A stretch of 64,000 nucleotides of DNA from a candidate division WOR-3 bacterium (GCA_965649265.1 CBFGKC010000004.1:24331-88330), one strand, 5' to 3'; positions 36,572 through 46,039 are shown, numbered from the stretch's first letter. Notes: generated by a model from the letters alone, not told the origin. A program made the numbers and translations.

Positions 36572-37474
36572 TCAGACCTTCAAGGAATCGATATCGGCTA
36601 CGCTGCCGATAGACGTGCACACGGAGCCTGCAACCCCGCGCTTCACGAGGCCGCAGAGAACCTTGCCCGGGCCGAGTTCGTAGACCTCGGTGACGCCCAG
36701 CGATGCAAGTGTCTGCATCGTTTTCGTCCAGCGCACGGGCGAGACAAGCTGTTTTGCCAGAAGTTCCTTTATCTCACCAGGGTCCAGGGTCGGCTCGCCC
36801 GTGACGTTAGGAATAACCTTTCCTTTCGGCGCCTTGAAGTCGAATCCCTCCAGGAATGCCCTGAACTCGTCCGCGGCCTTCTGCATATAGGGCGTATGGA
36901 AAGCGCCCGATACGGCAAGGGGGAGGGCCCTCTTTGCCCCGAGTTCCTTCGCCATCGCCATCGCCTTCTCGATTCCCGCAGGGGATCCGGAGATAACCAC
37001 CTGACCCTCGGAGTTGAAATTCGCCGGCCACACATCCGTTATCTCCTGGCACATCGAGATAATGGTCTCGTCCGGAAGACCCAGGATGGCCGCCATCTTT
37101 CCCTCCTTTGCCTGAGCCATCAGGCTGCCGCGCTTTGCCACGAGCCTCATCCCCTCTTCCACCGAAAAAACACCTGCGGCCGCAAGCGCCGAGAACTCGC
37201 CCAGGCTGTGTCCGGCGAAAACGTCGGCTCCTAATCCCTTCCCTGCAAGAATCGTATGCACCGCAAGCGAGTGCGTGTAGAGCGCGGGCTGAGTCACCTC
37301 CGTCATCTTCAGCCGCTCCTCCGGGCCCTCGAACATCGCCCCGGTGACCTCGAGGCCGCTCACGGAGTCCGCCATATCGAAGTGCGGCCTCAAATTCTCA
37401 AAACCGTCATACAAACTCTTTCCCATACCCACTTCCTGCGATCCCTGACCCGGAAAGATGAACGCTTTGGGCAT
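36572..37474 (-). CDS. fabD: malonyl-CoA:ACP transacylase
   Basis: FPGQGSQ, TQPA, GHSLGE, VSGAFHT, QLVSPVRW. Confidence 0.96.
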   Translation of the reverse strand: MPKAFIFPGQGSQEVGMGKSLYDGFENLRPHFDMADSVSGLEVTGAMFEGPEERLKMTEVTQPALYTHSLAVHTILAGKGLGADVFAGHSLGEFSALAAAGVFSVEEGMRLVAKRGSLMAQAKEGKMAAILGLPDETIISMCQEITDVWPANFNSEGQVVISGSPAGIEKAMAMAKELGAKRALPLAVSGAFHTPYMQKAADEFRAFLEGFDFKAPKGKVIPNVTGEPTLDPGEIKELLAKQLVSPVRWTKTMQTLASLGVTEVYELGPGKVLCGLVKRGVAGSVCTSIGSVADIDSLKV

Positions 37475-37972
37475 CTAGCCTCCGTTTTTGGTTGAATGCT
37501 CAATCTCTTCGAGCATCGGCGCAATCTCGCGTCTCGTGCGGGGCGGGACCCTGTCCACAATGAGAACGCCGTTGAGGTGATCGACCTCGTGCTGAACGAC
37601 GCGGGCGGGATAGCCCTCAAGCTCGAAAAGGACCTCCTTGCCGGTCTCGTCCTGCGCGCTGAGCTTTATATGTTCGTAGCGCTCCACCTCGACCCATACA
37701 CCGGGAACCGAAAGGCAGCCTTCCTCGTCCTTGTAGGTTTTCTTTGAGAGGGGGGTGATTACCGGGTTGGCGAACACGTAGAGCTTTTCGCCCAGCCGGG
37801 CAATGAAAAGGGCCATGTCCAGGCCGACCTGGGTCGCGGCAAGACCGACGCCCGAAGCCTCAGCGAGCTTCGCCTTCATCTGTTCGATGATGTCTGCAAG
37901 CTCTGCACCAAAGGAAATCACCGCCTTTGCCTTTTCGCGCAAAATTGCGGCCCCATATTTTACTATACTCAT
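37475..37972 (-). CDS. def: peptide deformylase
   Basis: GVGLAATQ, EGCLS, QHEVDHLNG. Confidence 0.96.
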   Translation of the reverse strand: MSIVKYGAAILREKAKAVISFGAELADIIEQMKAKLAEASGVGLAATQVGLDMALFIARLGEKLYVFANPVITPLSKKTYKDEEGCLSVPGVWVEVERYEHIKLSAQDETGKEVLFELEGYPARVVQHEVDHLNGVLIVDRVPPRTRREIAPMLEEIEHSTKNGG

Positions 37973-37981
37973 TTCATGCTG

Positions 37982-38009
37982 ATTATAGAGGATAGATATG
38001 AACTGTCAA
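37982..38009 (-). promoter_or_regulatory. sigma70-like promoter TTGACA-N16-TATAAT of def-fabD
   Basis: Perfect hexamers; -10 box is 9 nt from the ATG. Confidence 0.75.
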
Positions 38010-38287
38010 GTAACTTCCTTTAGAAATCATTTTTACATCTCACCTGAAATAAATCGAGAAAATCCTGAAGCCATGCGCGGTCCGCATAGAGGACCTGACT
38101 TTTTTTCCGGCAAGGTAGCCTCTTGCTCTCCGGGGGGCCGCTTCATCTCCCCGAGATACTACTTAGTTCCCTCTCCGGCTTTCGGTTTCGGTGGGTTTCT
38201 CATATCAGAGTCAAAGGTGTCCCTTTCGTCCCTGAATAATGGATGTGTGCCGGAAAATGCTTTTCAAAAAGGGACAGGAGGTGTACG

Positions 38288-38315
38288 TTGACTTCATGCT
38301 CAAGGCTTGTAAAAT
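38288..38315 (+). promoter_or_regulatory. sigma70-like promoter TTGACT-N16-TAAAAT
   Basis: Upstream of the AGGAGG SD of the TonB receptor. Confidence 0.6.
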
Positions 38316-38350
38316 AACTAAAATCCGATTTCCCAAACCAAGGAGGTTCG

Positions 38351-40555
38351 TTGAGCTTATTTCTTGTGATTTTGCTGGGTGCAGTACCTGTGGTGCAAAC
38401 GGGAACTTTTTCAGGAAAGGTCGTGGATGCCGGAACCGGCCAGCCGCTGCCGGGCGTCAATATCGTGCTAGTCGGAACCGAGCTGGGTGCCGCGACCGAC
38501 GAATACGGCAATTACGAAATCGTGGATATCCCGATCGGCGAGTACACGGTAGAGGCGTCCATGCTCGGCTACAAGCCACAGGCCTTGACAAGGGTCGGGA
38601 CCCTGCCCGCAAGGAGCGTGTTTCTGGACTTTCGCCTGAGACCTGCACCGCTTCAGCTTCCGGGCGTCACCGTGCGGCCCGATTACTTCACCAAGGGTGA
38701 CGATGCGACCACTAGCGAGGTCGAGCTCAACTATCACGAGATAAGGCTCAATCCCGAAGGCTACAACATTCCGAGAACGGTAGCCTCGCTTCCGGGCGTC
38801 GCCACCGGTTACGATTTTTCATCCGACATAATCGTACGCGGCGGTGATCCCGACGAGAACCTCACCGTCATAGACAATCTTCCCGTCCCTTATCCGGTCC
38901 ACTTCCCCGCAATTGGTGGAGGATTCGGCCAGGCCAGCATCGTGAGTGTCGAGGGTCTTGACGCCTTCACCTTCTCGCCCGGAGGCTACTCGGCGAGATT
39001 CGGAGACAAGCTCTCCTCGCTCATGGAGATTTCGATGCGGGACGGAAACAAGGACAAGTTCGAGGCGCTGGCCGATCTCAACATGTCAGGGGTAGAGGCC
39101 ATGCTCGAGGGACCTATAGGTCCGAAGTTCAACTACATTGCAGGCTACCGCAGGTCGTTCCTCGAAATTGTAGACCTCATCTCCGACATCGGCAACGTGG
39201 TGCCCTCCTTCGACGACATCTATCTGCGACTTGCATACTCACCGACGCCAAGGCACAAGATATGGGCCTTCGGAATCCAGACGTTCGACCGCATGGATAT
39301 CCCGCCCGATGCCGGCGGCGTGGGCGACATCATGTGGTGGAGGGGGCATCAGACCATCTCGGGTCTCAATTGGAAAGCGCTTCTCGGAAGCCTGGGCTAC
39401 TCGGTACTCACGCTCGGCGGGACCGATCTCGTCAACGATCTGACCGCCGCCGACACAGTGCTCGACAGCAACGTCTACAACTTCAGGCCGCACGAGACCC
39501 ACCTTTACATTCGTGAGGCTGTGAGCGTCACGCCCTTCAAGGGATTCCAGATAGAAGCGGGCGTTTTCGGCGGATACTCCGAGGGTAATTACATCTATAT
39601 GTACCGCGAGTTTTCCGATACCGGCGATTTGCTCTATTCCGCTTACGATACCACCGACGGCGGCTGGTACAACGCCGGCACGTATTTGCAGCACGTGTTT
39701 ACTCCTCTGGAGTGGCTCAAGATCACGCCCGGTGTTCGCGCATACTACAACACGCTCACCGGGGAACTGCTTGCCGAGCCTCGCGCCGGCCTGTCCCTGA
39801 AACCGTTCCAGAAGACCACTTTCAACCTTAACTTCGGGATATACCACCAGCTCAACGATTTCAGGCGGCATCTCAATAACGACAGCCTTTCGTCCAAGCG
39901 CGCGATTCACGGAATCGTCGGTATTGAGCAGCTCTTGACCGACGACATGAAGGTTTCTCTCGAGTACTACTACAAATACCTCGACAATCTGCTCTACTAC
40001 GACCCGGTGGATTCTGTATACACCAACGAGGGCCACGGAAAGTCGGACGGCGTCGAGCTTTTCCTGCAAAAGAAGATGGGCAAGTACCTGTACGGCCAGG
40101 CCGCCTACTCGCTGGGGTTCGGGAAGAGGTGGAATCCCACCGACGGCACCTATCCGGCGGACTGGGACACGAGACACATGCTGACCCTTATCACGGGCGT
40201 GAAATTCCTCAAGAATTTCGAGGCGAGTGTCAAGTTCCGTTACGCGACCGGCAGGCCCTGGACGCCATACGACACGGCCAACGCCTACTTCGATCCCACC
40301 GACAGTCTCTGGTACGTTGAAAGGGTCTCCGAACGCAACAGCGGACGCCTGCCCGCGTACTCGCGTCTGGACTTTCAGCTTTCATACACGAGCTACACGA
40401 AAAGCGGGGTAACGATCTCGAGCTTCGTGAACCTGCAGAACGTGCTCAACCATTCCAACGTTTCCGGTTACGGTTGGGACGCAGAGGAAGGCATTCTTGT
40501 TCCCTCCGAGGGCTTCAAGTTCATGCCCGTCGGCGGCGTAGTCATCAAATTCTAA
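38351..40555 (+). CDS. TonB-dependent receptor with N-terminal carboxypeptidase-regulatory-like domain
   Basis: GKVVD..TGQPLPGVNI, LPGV..IVRGG..EN, GGYSARFG, EPR, RLPAYSRLD, C-terminal F. Confidence 0.92.
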   Translation: MSLFLVILLGAVPVVQTGTFSGKVVDAGTGQPLPGVNIVLVGTELGAATDEYGNYEIVDIPIGEYTVEASMLGYKPQALTRVGTLPARSVFLDFRLRPAPLQLPGVTVRPDYFTKGDDATTSEVELNYHEIRLNPEGYNIPRTVASLPGVATGYDFSSDIIVRGGDPDENLTVIDNLPVPYPVHFPAIGGGFGQASIVSVEGLDAFTFSPGGYSARFGDKLSSLMEISMRDGNKDKFEALADLNMSGVEAMLEGPIGPKFNYIAGYRRSFLEIVDLISDIGNVVPSFDDIYLRLAYSPTPRHKIWAFGIQTFDRMDIPPDAGGVGDIMWWRGHQTISGLNWKALLGSLGYSVLTLGGTDLVNDLTAADTVLDSNVYNFRPHETHLYIREAVSVTPFKGFQIEAGVFGGYSEGNYIYMYREFSDTGDLLYSAYDTTDGGWYNAGTYLQHVFTPLEWLKITPGVRAYYNTLTGELLAEPRAGLSLKPFQKTTFNLNFGIYHQLNDFRRHLNNDSLSSKRAIHGIVGIEQLLTDDMKVSLEYYYKYLDNLLYYDPVDSVYTNEGHGKSDGVELFLQKKMGKYLYGQAAYSLGFGKRWNPTDGTYPADWDTRHMLTLITGVKFLKNFEASVKFRYATGRPWTPYDTANAYFDPTDSLWYVERVSERNSGRLPAYSRLDFQLSYTSYTKSGVTISSFVNLQNVLNHSNVSGYGWDAEEGILVPSEGFKFMPVGGVVIKF

Positions 40556-40619
40556 GCCCTCCTCAGCGCCCTCCTCAGCCCTCCTCAGCCCTCCTCGGCC
40601 CTCCTCGGCGCCCTCCTCA
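40556..40619 (+). repeat. six tandem GCCCTCCTC(A/G) units immediately after the stop codon
   Basis: Units start at 40556, 40568, 40578, 40588, 40598 and 40610. A degenerate ACCCC-tailed hairpin follows (40621-40657). Confidence 0.9.
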
Positions 40620-40733
40620 GCCTCAAGAATGCTGTGGACAACTTTCCTGGGGACCCCGACGACTTTCTTCGAAAGTCGTTAAGAAGTTTGATCGCTAATT
40701 AATCAATCCCTGGAGGTCAAACTTCAAGCCTCC

Positions 40734-42014
40734 CTAAAGAGGTTTCTTCGGGGGTATCAACTTCTTTAACCTCTCGACCGTCTCCAGCCGGCCGGAGATT
40801 GCCGTCCATGCGGTGTTGTTAGTGACGAGAGGATCGGCGGAATCGGTCAGACCGCACTCGGTGAACTCCCGTGTGCCGGGCACTGGTGAGAACTCGGTTA
40901 TGTGCGGGGTGACTCCGGCGTCCAGCGCAAGCGCGAGCGTCCGCCTCACGCTGTCCTCGCTCTGACCCTCAAGTCCAACGAGCACGTAAGCGTGAAGCTC
41001 GCCGTTCTCAACCCCCGCGTCCTTCAAAAAACCGACGGCATCCCTGAAAGACTCACCAGACACCTTGGCCCCGGTTCTTGCAAGAAGCGTCTCGTCCACG
41101 GTCTCAAGGCTAAGGTAGATGGACTTAAATCCCGCCCTTCTCATCCTTGCCGCACGTTCCTGCGTTATCCTCGAAACGTGCAGCCCGTTCGGGGTGTGAA
41201 GCTCGAAGCCGAAATCCTCGATTCTTTCCATAAGCTCGTCGAAGCGGGGATGGAAGAGCAGGGCGTCATCGTAAAACGCGGCCCTTCGCACTCCCAGCGT
41301 CACCAGCCGCTCGAACTGGCAGGTGACATCTCCCAAATCCAAGCCGACGAAGCGAGGCTCCATTATGTTCGATGCGCAGTACGTGCACTGCATCGGACAC
41401 CCTCTCGATGTCCGCACAACCGCGAAGTCGAGCTTCGGGTAAAGCGTCCATAGAGGTGGGGAGTCCTTTTCGGGAATCCTCAACCCCAAAATCCGCTCCA
41501 GTTCACTCCTGAAACCGGCCATCGAGCCCGGAAGCGCCCTGCTCAATCCCGGGATGCCTGCGGCGTGTGCGGGCAGGAGAGTGGCGTAAACGCCACCCGC
41601 AATGAATGGTATGCCGGGATAACGCTTCCTCAAAACCTCCACGGTCTCCCTTAACCCAGTGTACCAGTAGGTCATACCCGAGGTCAAAAGGACCGCGTCC
41701 GCGTCAGGCAACTCGTTCAATTTCTCCTCAAGACTCTTTCTCGGCAGACCGTATCTCCTAAATCTCCTGGGAACCGCGTTCACGGCAGCCGGTTTATCAA
41801 TCTCCTCCGCGTGGAACTTTCCCCTTCCCCACTCGTCGGTTCTTGAATGCCGCTCCAGCCAGGGATGATTGCGGTCGAGCAAATCGAGCAAAAAAACATC
41901 CGCGCCCGCCTCCTTCAACGCGCCTGCTACCCTTAACAAACCCAGCGGCTTGAGCCAGAAATCGAAGGCGGCGAAGTCGTGTATCCATGGGTTGACCAGG
42001 AGGATTTTTTTCAT
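40734..42014 (-). CDS. B12-binding-domain radical SAM protein
   Basis: ILLVNPWIHDF..PLGL, GGVYATL, TSRGCPMQCTYC, FYDD, PNGL. Confidence 0.92.
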   Translation of the reverse strand: MKKILLVNPWIHDFAAFDFWLKPLGLLRVAGALKEAGADVFLLDLLDRNHPWLERHSRTDEWGRGKFHAEEIDKPAAVNAVPRRFRRYGLPRKSLEEKLNELPDADAVLLTSGMTYWYTGLRETVEVLRKRYPGIPFIAGGVYATLLPAHAAGIPGLSRALPGSMAGFRSELERILGLRIPEKDSPPLWTLYPKLDFAVVRTSRGCPMQCTYCASNIMEPRFVGLDLGDVTCQFERLVTLGVRRAAFYDDALLFHPRFDELMERIEDFGFELHTPNGLHVSRITQERAARMRRAGFKSIYLSLETVDETLLARTGAKVSGESFRDAVGFLKDAGVENGELHAYVLVGLEGQSEDSVRRTLALALDAGVTPHITEFSPVPGTREFTECGLTDSADPLVTNNTAWTAISGRLETVERLKKLIPPKKPL

Positions 42015-42015
42015 G

Positions 42016-42128
42016 AAGCCCTCCTCGCCCTCCCCCGTAACACAACCTTCCTCACCCTCCTCACCCTCCTCATTCTCCTCAGTCCCCTTCTGTTCTCCTC
42101 CGCTTTTCTCAGAGCCCTCCTCAGAGCC
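42016..42128 (+). repeat. degenerate CCCTCCTCA array containing CCCGTAACAC
   Basis: GCCCTCCTCGCCCTCCCCCGTAACAC.. and AGCCCTCCTCAG; the minus strand supplies the GAGGAGG SD of the radical SAM gene. Confidence 0.75.
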
Positions 42129-42184
42129 TTCTTCAAGGTCTCATCAAAGCTCTCGTCGACAATCTTCAAGAGAAGAATCTCATA

Positions 42185-42322
42185 CGCTTCCGGCGCGTCT
42201 TTGGATTGGTAATGTTGAGAAGCAGAGACCGGGGGTTTCTGCCAATGCGCCTCCGGCGCGTCCTTGGATTGGTAATTTTGAGAAGCAGAAAACGGAGGTT
42301 TCTGCCAATGCGCCTCCGGCGC
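42185..42322. repeat. 63-bp tandem repeat (about 2.2 copies) with internal hairpins
   Basis: Units start at 42185, 42248 and 42311; GCGC-CTCCG-GCGC and GCAGA..TTTCTGC stems. Confidence 0.85.
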
Positions 42323-42467
42323 TCGTTTCCCTTCCTTCAGATCCGGATTTGCGCCTGAGATCAGGAAAGGAAAAACTTTTGTGTCAGGATCGTTCCCGGG
42401 TTTTTCGATTCTTGTGGGATTTTTCTTTCCAGCGTTTACCTTAAGATTATTGAATACCACCCGGTGG

Positions 42468-43184
42468 TCAAAAGGATTTGTCCATCTTGGAATGAGGATT
42501 GCGTTTCTTGAAACCTCCGCCCCCTCTCCCGGTATTCGAAGGTCCCCGCCCCCTGTCCGGTCTTGCCGGCCCACGACCGCGATCCGGCCGGTCGTCACGC
42601 CTGTCCGGAGAGCCCGGTCTGCGGTTTCCCCTGTCGTCACGCCTGCCTCCCCCTCCTCCCTCGCGTCTCGGCTGCTCGCCCCGAGCTCCTTGGCTTCTGT
42701 ATCCGCCGGGTCTGCGATCACGCCTGTCTTGTGAGAAAGGCCTTCCGTCTCGCTCCTGCTCAGGCCGGCTCCTTTGCTGGCCCGGCGTCCAGGTGGCCTC
42801 GATATCCAGAAGGTGAATGACCTCTGCGCCTTCTTTTGAAAGCTCCGAGGATATGGGTCTGCGGTTGCAGCGCTCGGGCGTCTCCTCAGAACAGAGTATC
42901 AGAAGCCCGCGGGTCTTTGCAAGGGTTTTCAGGATGGCGATCCCTCTCGCGCGAAGATCGGGATCGAGGTCTGAAATATTTCCCTCTTCTCTATCGGAGC
43001 CAAGCTCGTTGCCGAGATAGATGTACTCGGCCTTCGCCTCCTTGCACAGGCGCTGAACGTCCTCGCGCCTGAGCCCCACCGAGCGCCGGCGGATGTCTGC
43101 CAGAACCTGTATCTGGTACTTGGTGATTATCTTAGAAATTTCAGCTTCAGTTCGCTTTCCGGTGCCGAGAGTGAATATTCTCAC
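42468..43184 (-). CDS. DUF488 family protein with long R/G/D/P-rich disordered C-terminal tail
   Basis: IFTLG..I..LADIRR, YIYLGNELG, ILCSEETPERCNR, VIHL; tail RDGRP..RGRGPARPDRGRG. Confidence 0.8.
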   Translation of the reverse strand: MRIFTLGTGKRTEAEISKIITKYQIQVLADIRRRSVGLRREDVQRLCKEAKAEYIYLGNELGSDREEGNISDLDPDLRARGIAILKTLAKTRGLLILCSEETPERCNRRPISSELSKEGAEVIHLLDIEATWTPGQQRSRPEQERDGRPFSQDRRDRRPGGYRSQGARGEQPRREGGGGGRRDDRGNRRPGSPDRRDDRPDRGRGPARPDRGRGPSNTGRGGGGFKKRNPHSKMDKSF

Positions 43185-43189
43185 TTTTT

Positions 43190-43984
43190 TTAACTTTCCT
43201 TCGGGAAGTCCGATTTCGGCGGCCAGATGGAATCGTCGCGCTTTGACTGCAGCCAGCCGGGCAGGTCGTTACTCGCCTCTTCTTTCGTCTCGGGTGAGGA
43301 TGACCCGGGCGTAGTGAAGGGCGAGGGCGGTGTGGAGGAAGGCGTTGCCGGCGGGATCAAAGGAGAAGAAGGCGATGGGGGTGAGGACGGTGCTACTGAG
43401 GAGGGCGAGGGCTGTGTTACGGGGGAGGGCTGACCCCAGACGCTGGGCTTGGGCTTTTCGCCCGCGGCGGTCGGTTGCGATTCCAGCGGATTGCGCTGTA
43501 CAACCAGGGCATGAAGCTCTGAGAGCAGAGCGGCGTTGCGTTCAAGGGTCTCTACCGTTTTTCCCTCGAGATCGGCGATCTTCTCGATCGTCTTGGCAAG
43601 CGAATCCTGGTACGATTTCAAGGCGTCCTGAAGATACTGAAAGCTCGTGGAGATGACCATGGATAGCATTTCGGCTTTCTGGAAAGTGTTCTTGTCGGCG
43701 TCGTCCTGAATCCGATCCGGCAGTTCCCTGGAGACGACCTCGATCAGGCGGTCAAGGTTAAGGCTACCCTGCTCCTGTCCTTTGGAAGCCTCACGTAGCT
43801 CCACGCCTATTCTTGCGGGAAGTGTCGATGTGAGTATGCCTATGAGCTGATCGAGCTTTTCGTTTATCGCGAGTATCGCTCCCTCTGTCTCCTTGCTGCG
43901 AGCCGAGGTCACGATTCTTTTGCCTGACGAATCGTAGCGCACTTCAGACTGCTCGTCATCTGAAAATTTCTTTTCCTCGTTCAT
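43190..43984 (-). CDS. hypothetical coiled-coil protein with Pro/Ser-rich C-terminus
   Basis: In the operon with a GAGG SD; the low-complexity tail contains the dispersed micro-repeats. Confidence 0.7.
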   Translation of the reverse strand: MNEEKKFSDDEQSEVRYDSSGKRIVTSARSKETEGAILAINEKLDQLIGILTSTLPARIGVELREASKGQEQGSLNLDRLIEVVSRELPDRIQDDADKNTFQKAEMLSMVISTSFQYLQDALKSYQDSLAKTIEKIADLEGKTVETLERNAALLSELHALVVQRNPLESQPTAAGEKPKPSVWGQPSPVTQPSPSSVAPSSPPSPSSPLIPPATPSSTPPSPFTTPGSSSPETKEEASNDLPGWLQSKRDDSIWPPKSDFPKES

Positions 43985-43995
43985 TATAAATCCTC

Positions 43996-44475
43996 CTAGA
44001 ACCTGCGAATCAAGGCGAGAATTGCCTTGAGCCGCTGATCGGTTTCACGAAGCCGTTGAGATAATTTCTTTGCAAGACCCCACAGAATCCAGTAGGCGGC
44101 CGGGTTGTTCTTGTCCACGAGTTCGTCGAACTCACGCTTCTGCATGATAAGGAGTTTCGTGGGCGTATGGGCGATGGCGGCCGCCGCACGCGGAGCGTCA
44201 TCCAGAAGCGCCATCTCGCCGAAAAAGTCGCCCTGGTAAAGTATGGAAAGCGACTCCTCGCCGACTTCGGGTATAACGGTCGAAATCCTTATCGAACCGG
44301 ACAGGATGATGCAAAAGTAATCACCCCTGTCGCCTTCATTGAAGATGATCTCGTCCGCCTTGTACTCCTTCGCGTGGCCGGAGTTGTAGAGTATCTTGAG
44401 CTCTTTCTCGTTCAGGCGGTCAAAGGGAAAATAATTTTTTAATGTCTGGGCCTCAGACGACGAATCTTCTGTCAT
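43996..44475 (-). CDS. stand-alone cyclic-nucleotide-binding domain protein
   Basis: IFNEGDRGD, GDFFGEMALL..PRAA. Confidence 0.9.
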   Translation of the reverse strand: MTEDSSSEAQTLKNYFPFDRLNEKELKILYNSGHAKEYKADEIIFNEGDRGDYFCIILSGSIRISTVIPEVGEESLSILYQGDFFGEMALLDDAPRAAAAIAHTPTKLLIMQKREFDELVDKNNPAAYWILWGLAKKLSQRLRETDQRLKAILALIRRF

Positions 44476-44813
44476 TGCGCCTCCTCGCCTTGTATTCGGG
44501 CGACTTCTACGTATTTCATACGCAGTTGATGTATGGTTTCATCCAGAAACTTTTCCTCGTCCTTCTCCAGATTGCCCTTCGTCCTTGCCTTCAAAAGCTC
44601 CAGCATGTCTATCGAATATCTCGCAAGATCCAGGTTCGGGCCATCCTTATCCTCCGGTTCGAATACCAGGACCTGCAAGGCGCCCGCGCCCACCGATATC
44701 ACCAAATCCAGGAAAATCGGCGGCTTGTAGGAGCCTGCGGGCTTTGCGGTATTGGAGGGCTTGGAGGGTTCGGCGGACTGGGGGGCCGTATCTTTGTTCA
44801 TCTCATCGTTCAT
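44472..44813 (-). CDS. DUF1844 family protein
   Basis: NLDLARYSIDMLELLKARTKGNL..E..FL..LRMKYV. Confidence 0.8.
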   Translation of the reverse strand: MNDEMNKDTAPQSAEPSKPSNTAKPAGSYKPPIFLDLVISVGAGALQVLVFEPEDKDGPNLDLARYSIDMLELLKARTKGNLEKDEEKFLDETIHQLRMKYVEVARIQGEEAQ

Positions 44814-45991
44814 GGCAGTGGCGTGGACCCCAGCAGCGTGCGCGCGCCCAGTATCCGTTTGGTGGTTTTGTAAATTCGCGTAACCCTTGGGCTTACCCGC
44901 GTGGTTATCTCGTAAGGAATCGTATCCGCCCAGGCGGCAACCTCCTCCGCGCTCACCCGTGCCTGGCCGTCCTTGCCTATGAGTGTCACCTCGTCGCCGA
45001 TCATTGGAGATTCGGAAGATTGGTGTGTTACGGGCGAGAGATCAATCATAGTCAAATCCATACATATCGTCCCGATTATCGGGAACCTTTGACCCTTGTA
45101 AAGCACATGTCCCTTGTTCGAGAGCGCGCGCGGGTATCCGTCGCCGTAGCCTGCCGATATCGTCGCGACAAGCGTATCCTTTGCGGTCGTGAACGTTCTG
45201 CCGTAGCTTACGCCCGTGCCCGCGGGAAGAGTCCGCAGATTCACAATACGCGTCCGCAAGGTCATCACGGGTTCGAGTCCCAGCGTGCCGCCAAACCCCT
45301 CAGGCTCCACCCCATAGAGCGCAAGTCCCGGTCTCACAAGGTCATAACGCGAGTGAGGATACTTGAAGAGCGCGGCCGAGTTCGCCGAGTGCAGAGTCGG
45401 AATTTCAAACCCCTCCTCCCTCAACTTCGCGACCAGTTCGTCGAAAACCTTCACCTGCTGGCTCGTGAACTCGGGGTCCAGCTCCGCAGACGGGAAGTGG
45501 GTGAAGAGCGCCTGGAGCTCGAGGCCTTCGCGGTTGGCAATCATCGCGACCAGGCCGGGCGCGTCCTTGACGCTTACGCCGCTGCGCGACATGCCGGTGT
45601 CCACCTCGACGTGCACGGCCAGCTTCTTTGACCGCCGGTTCGCCTCCTCGATGAGCGCTTTCGCGAACGCCTGCTCGGTCACGTTGGGCACGAGATTGTA
45701 GTCGAAAATCAGGCCAATCTCGCGGTAGGGGACAGGGGAGAGCACGAGTATGGGCTTGCGAATTTGGCCGTTGGTGCGCAGGTCAATGGCCTCCTCGACG
45801 CTTGCCACGCCGAAGTAGTCGGCGCCCTGGTGCTCAAGAATGCGCGCAACCTCGCGTCCGCCGTGACCGTAGGCCTCGGCCTTGACCGCCGCAAGAATCT
45901 TTGCTCCTCCGGCGGCGTCCTTTATCCGGCGGTAGTTGTGGACAAGGGCGTCAACATCAATCTCCGCCCAGACGCGTCCGCGCTGTGGCAT
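44810..45991 (-). CDS. alr: alanine racemase
   Basis: AAVKAEAYGHG, VDTGMSRSG, THF, ANSAA, RPGLALYG, GYGDG, ICMD, TIPYE. Confidence 0.96.
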   Translation of the reverse strand: MPQRGRVWAEIDVDALVHNYRRIKDAAGGAKILAAVKAEAYGHGGREVARILEHQGADYFGVASVEEAIDLRTNGQIRKPILVLSPVPYREIGLIFDYNLVPNVTEQAFAKALIEEANRRSKKLAVHVEVDTGMSRSGVSVKDAPGLVAMIANREGLELQALFTHFPSAELDPEFTSQQVKVFDELVAKLREEGFEIPTLHSANSAALFKYPHSRYDLVRPGLALYGVEPEGFGGTLGLEPVMTLRTRIVNLRTLPAGTGVSYGRTFTTAKDTLVATISAGYGDGYPRALSNKGHVLYKGQRFPIIGTICMDLTMIDLSPVTHQSSESPMIGDEVTLIGKDGQARVSAEEVAAWADTIPYEITTRVSPRVTRIYKTTKRILGARTLLGSTPLP

Positions 45992-45996
45992 AATCT

Positions 45997-46024
45997 ATTT
46001 TATACGACGCTTGGGAAGTGTCAA
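45997..46024 (-). promoter_or_regulatory. sigma70-like promoter TTGACA-N16-TAAAAT, 5 nt before the alr ATG
   Basis: Consensus match; no SD. Confidence 0.65.
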
Positions 46025-46039
46025 GTGTTTCCAAAGATA

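Noticed and set aside
38010-38350. Cobalamin riboswitch before the TonB receptor
   Set aside because: No B12-box recognised, and the predicted promoter leaves a leader of only about 30 nt.
42185-42322. Possible CRISPR array
   Set aside because: The whole 63-bp unit repeats, so there are no unique spacers; only about 2 copies and no cas genes.
41869-42721. ORFs 41869..42444 (+) and 42011..42721 (-) as genes
   Set aside because: Low-complexity translations of repeats that overlap real genes; no family motifs.
44585-45631. Long antisense ORFs (also 39239..40177, 11887..12720, 49826..50587, 1290..2030)
   Set aside because: Shadow frames of well-supported GC-rich genes.
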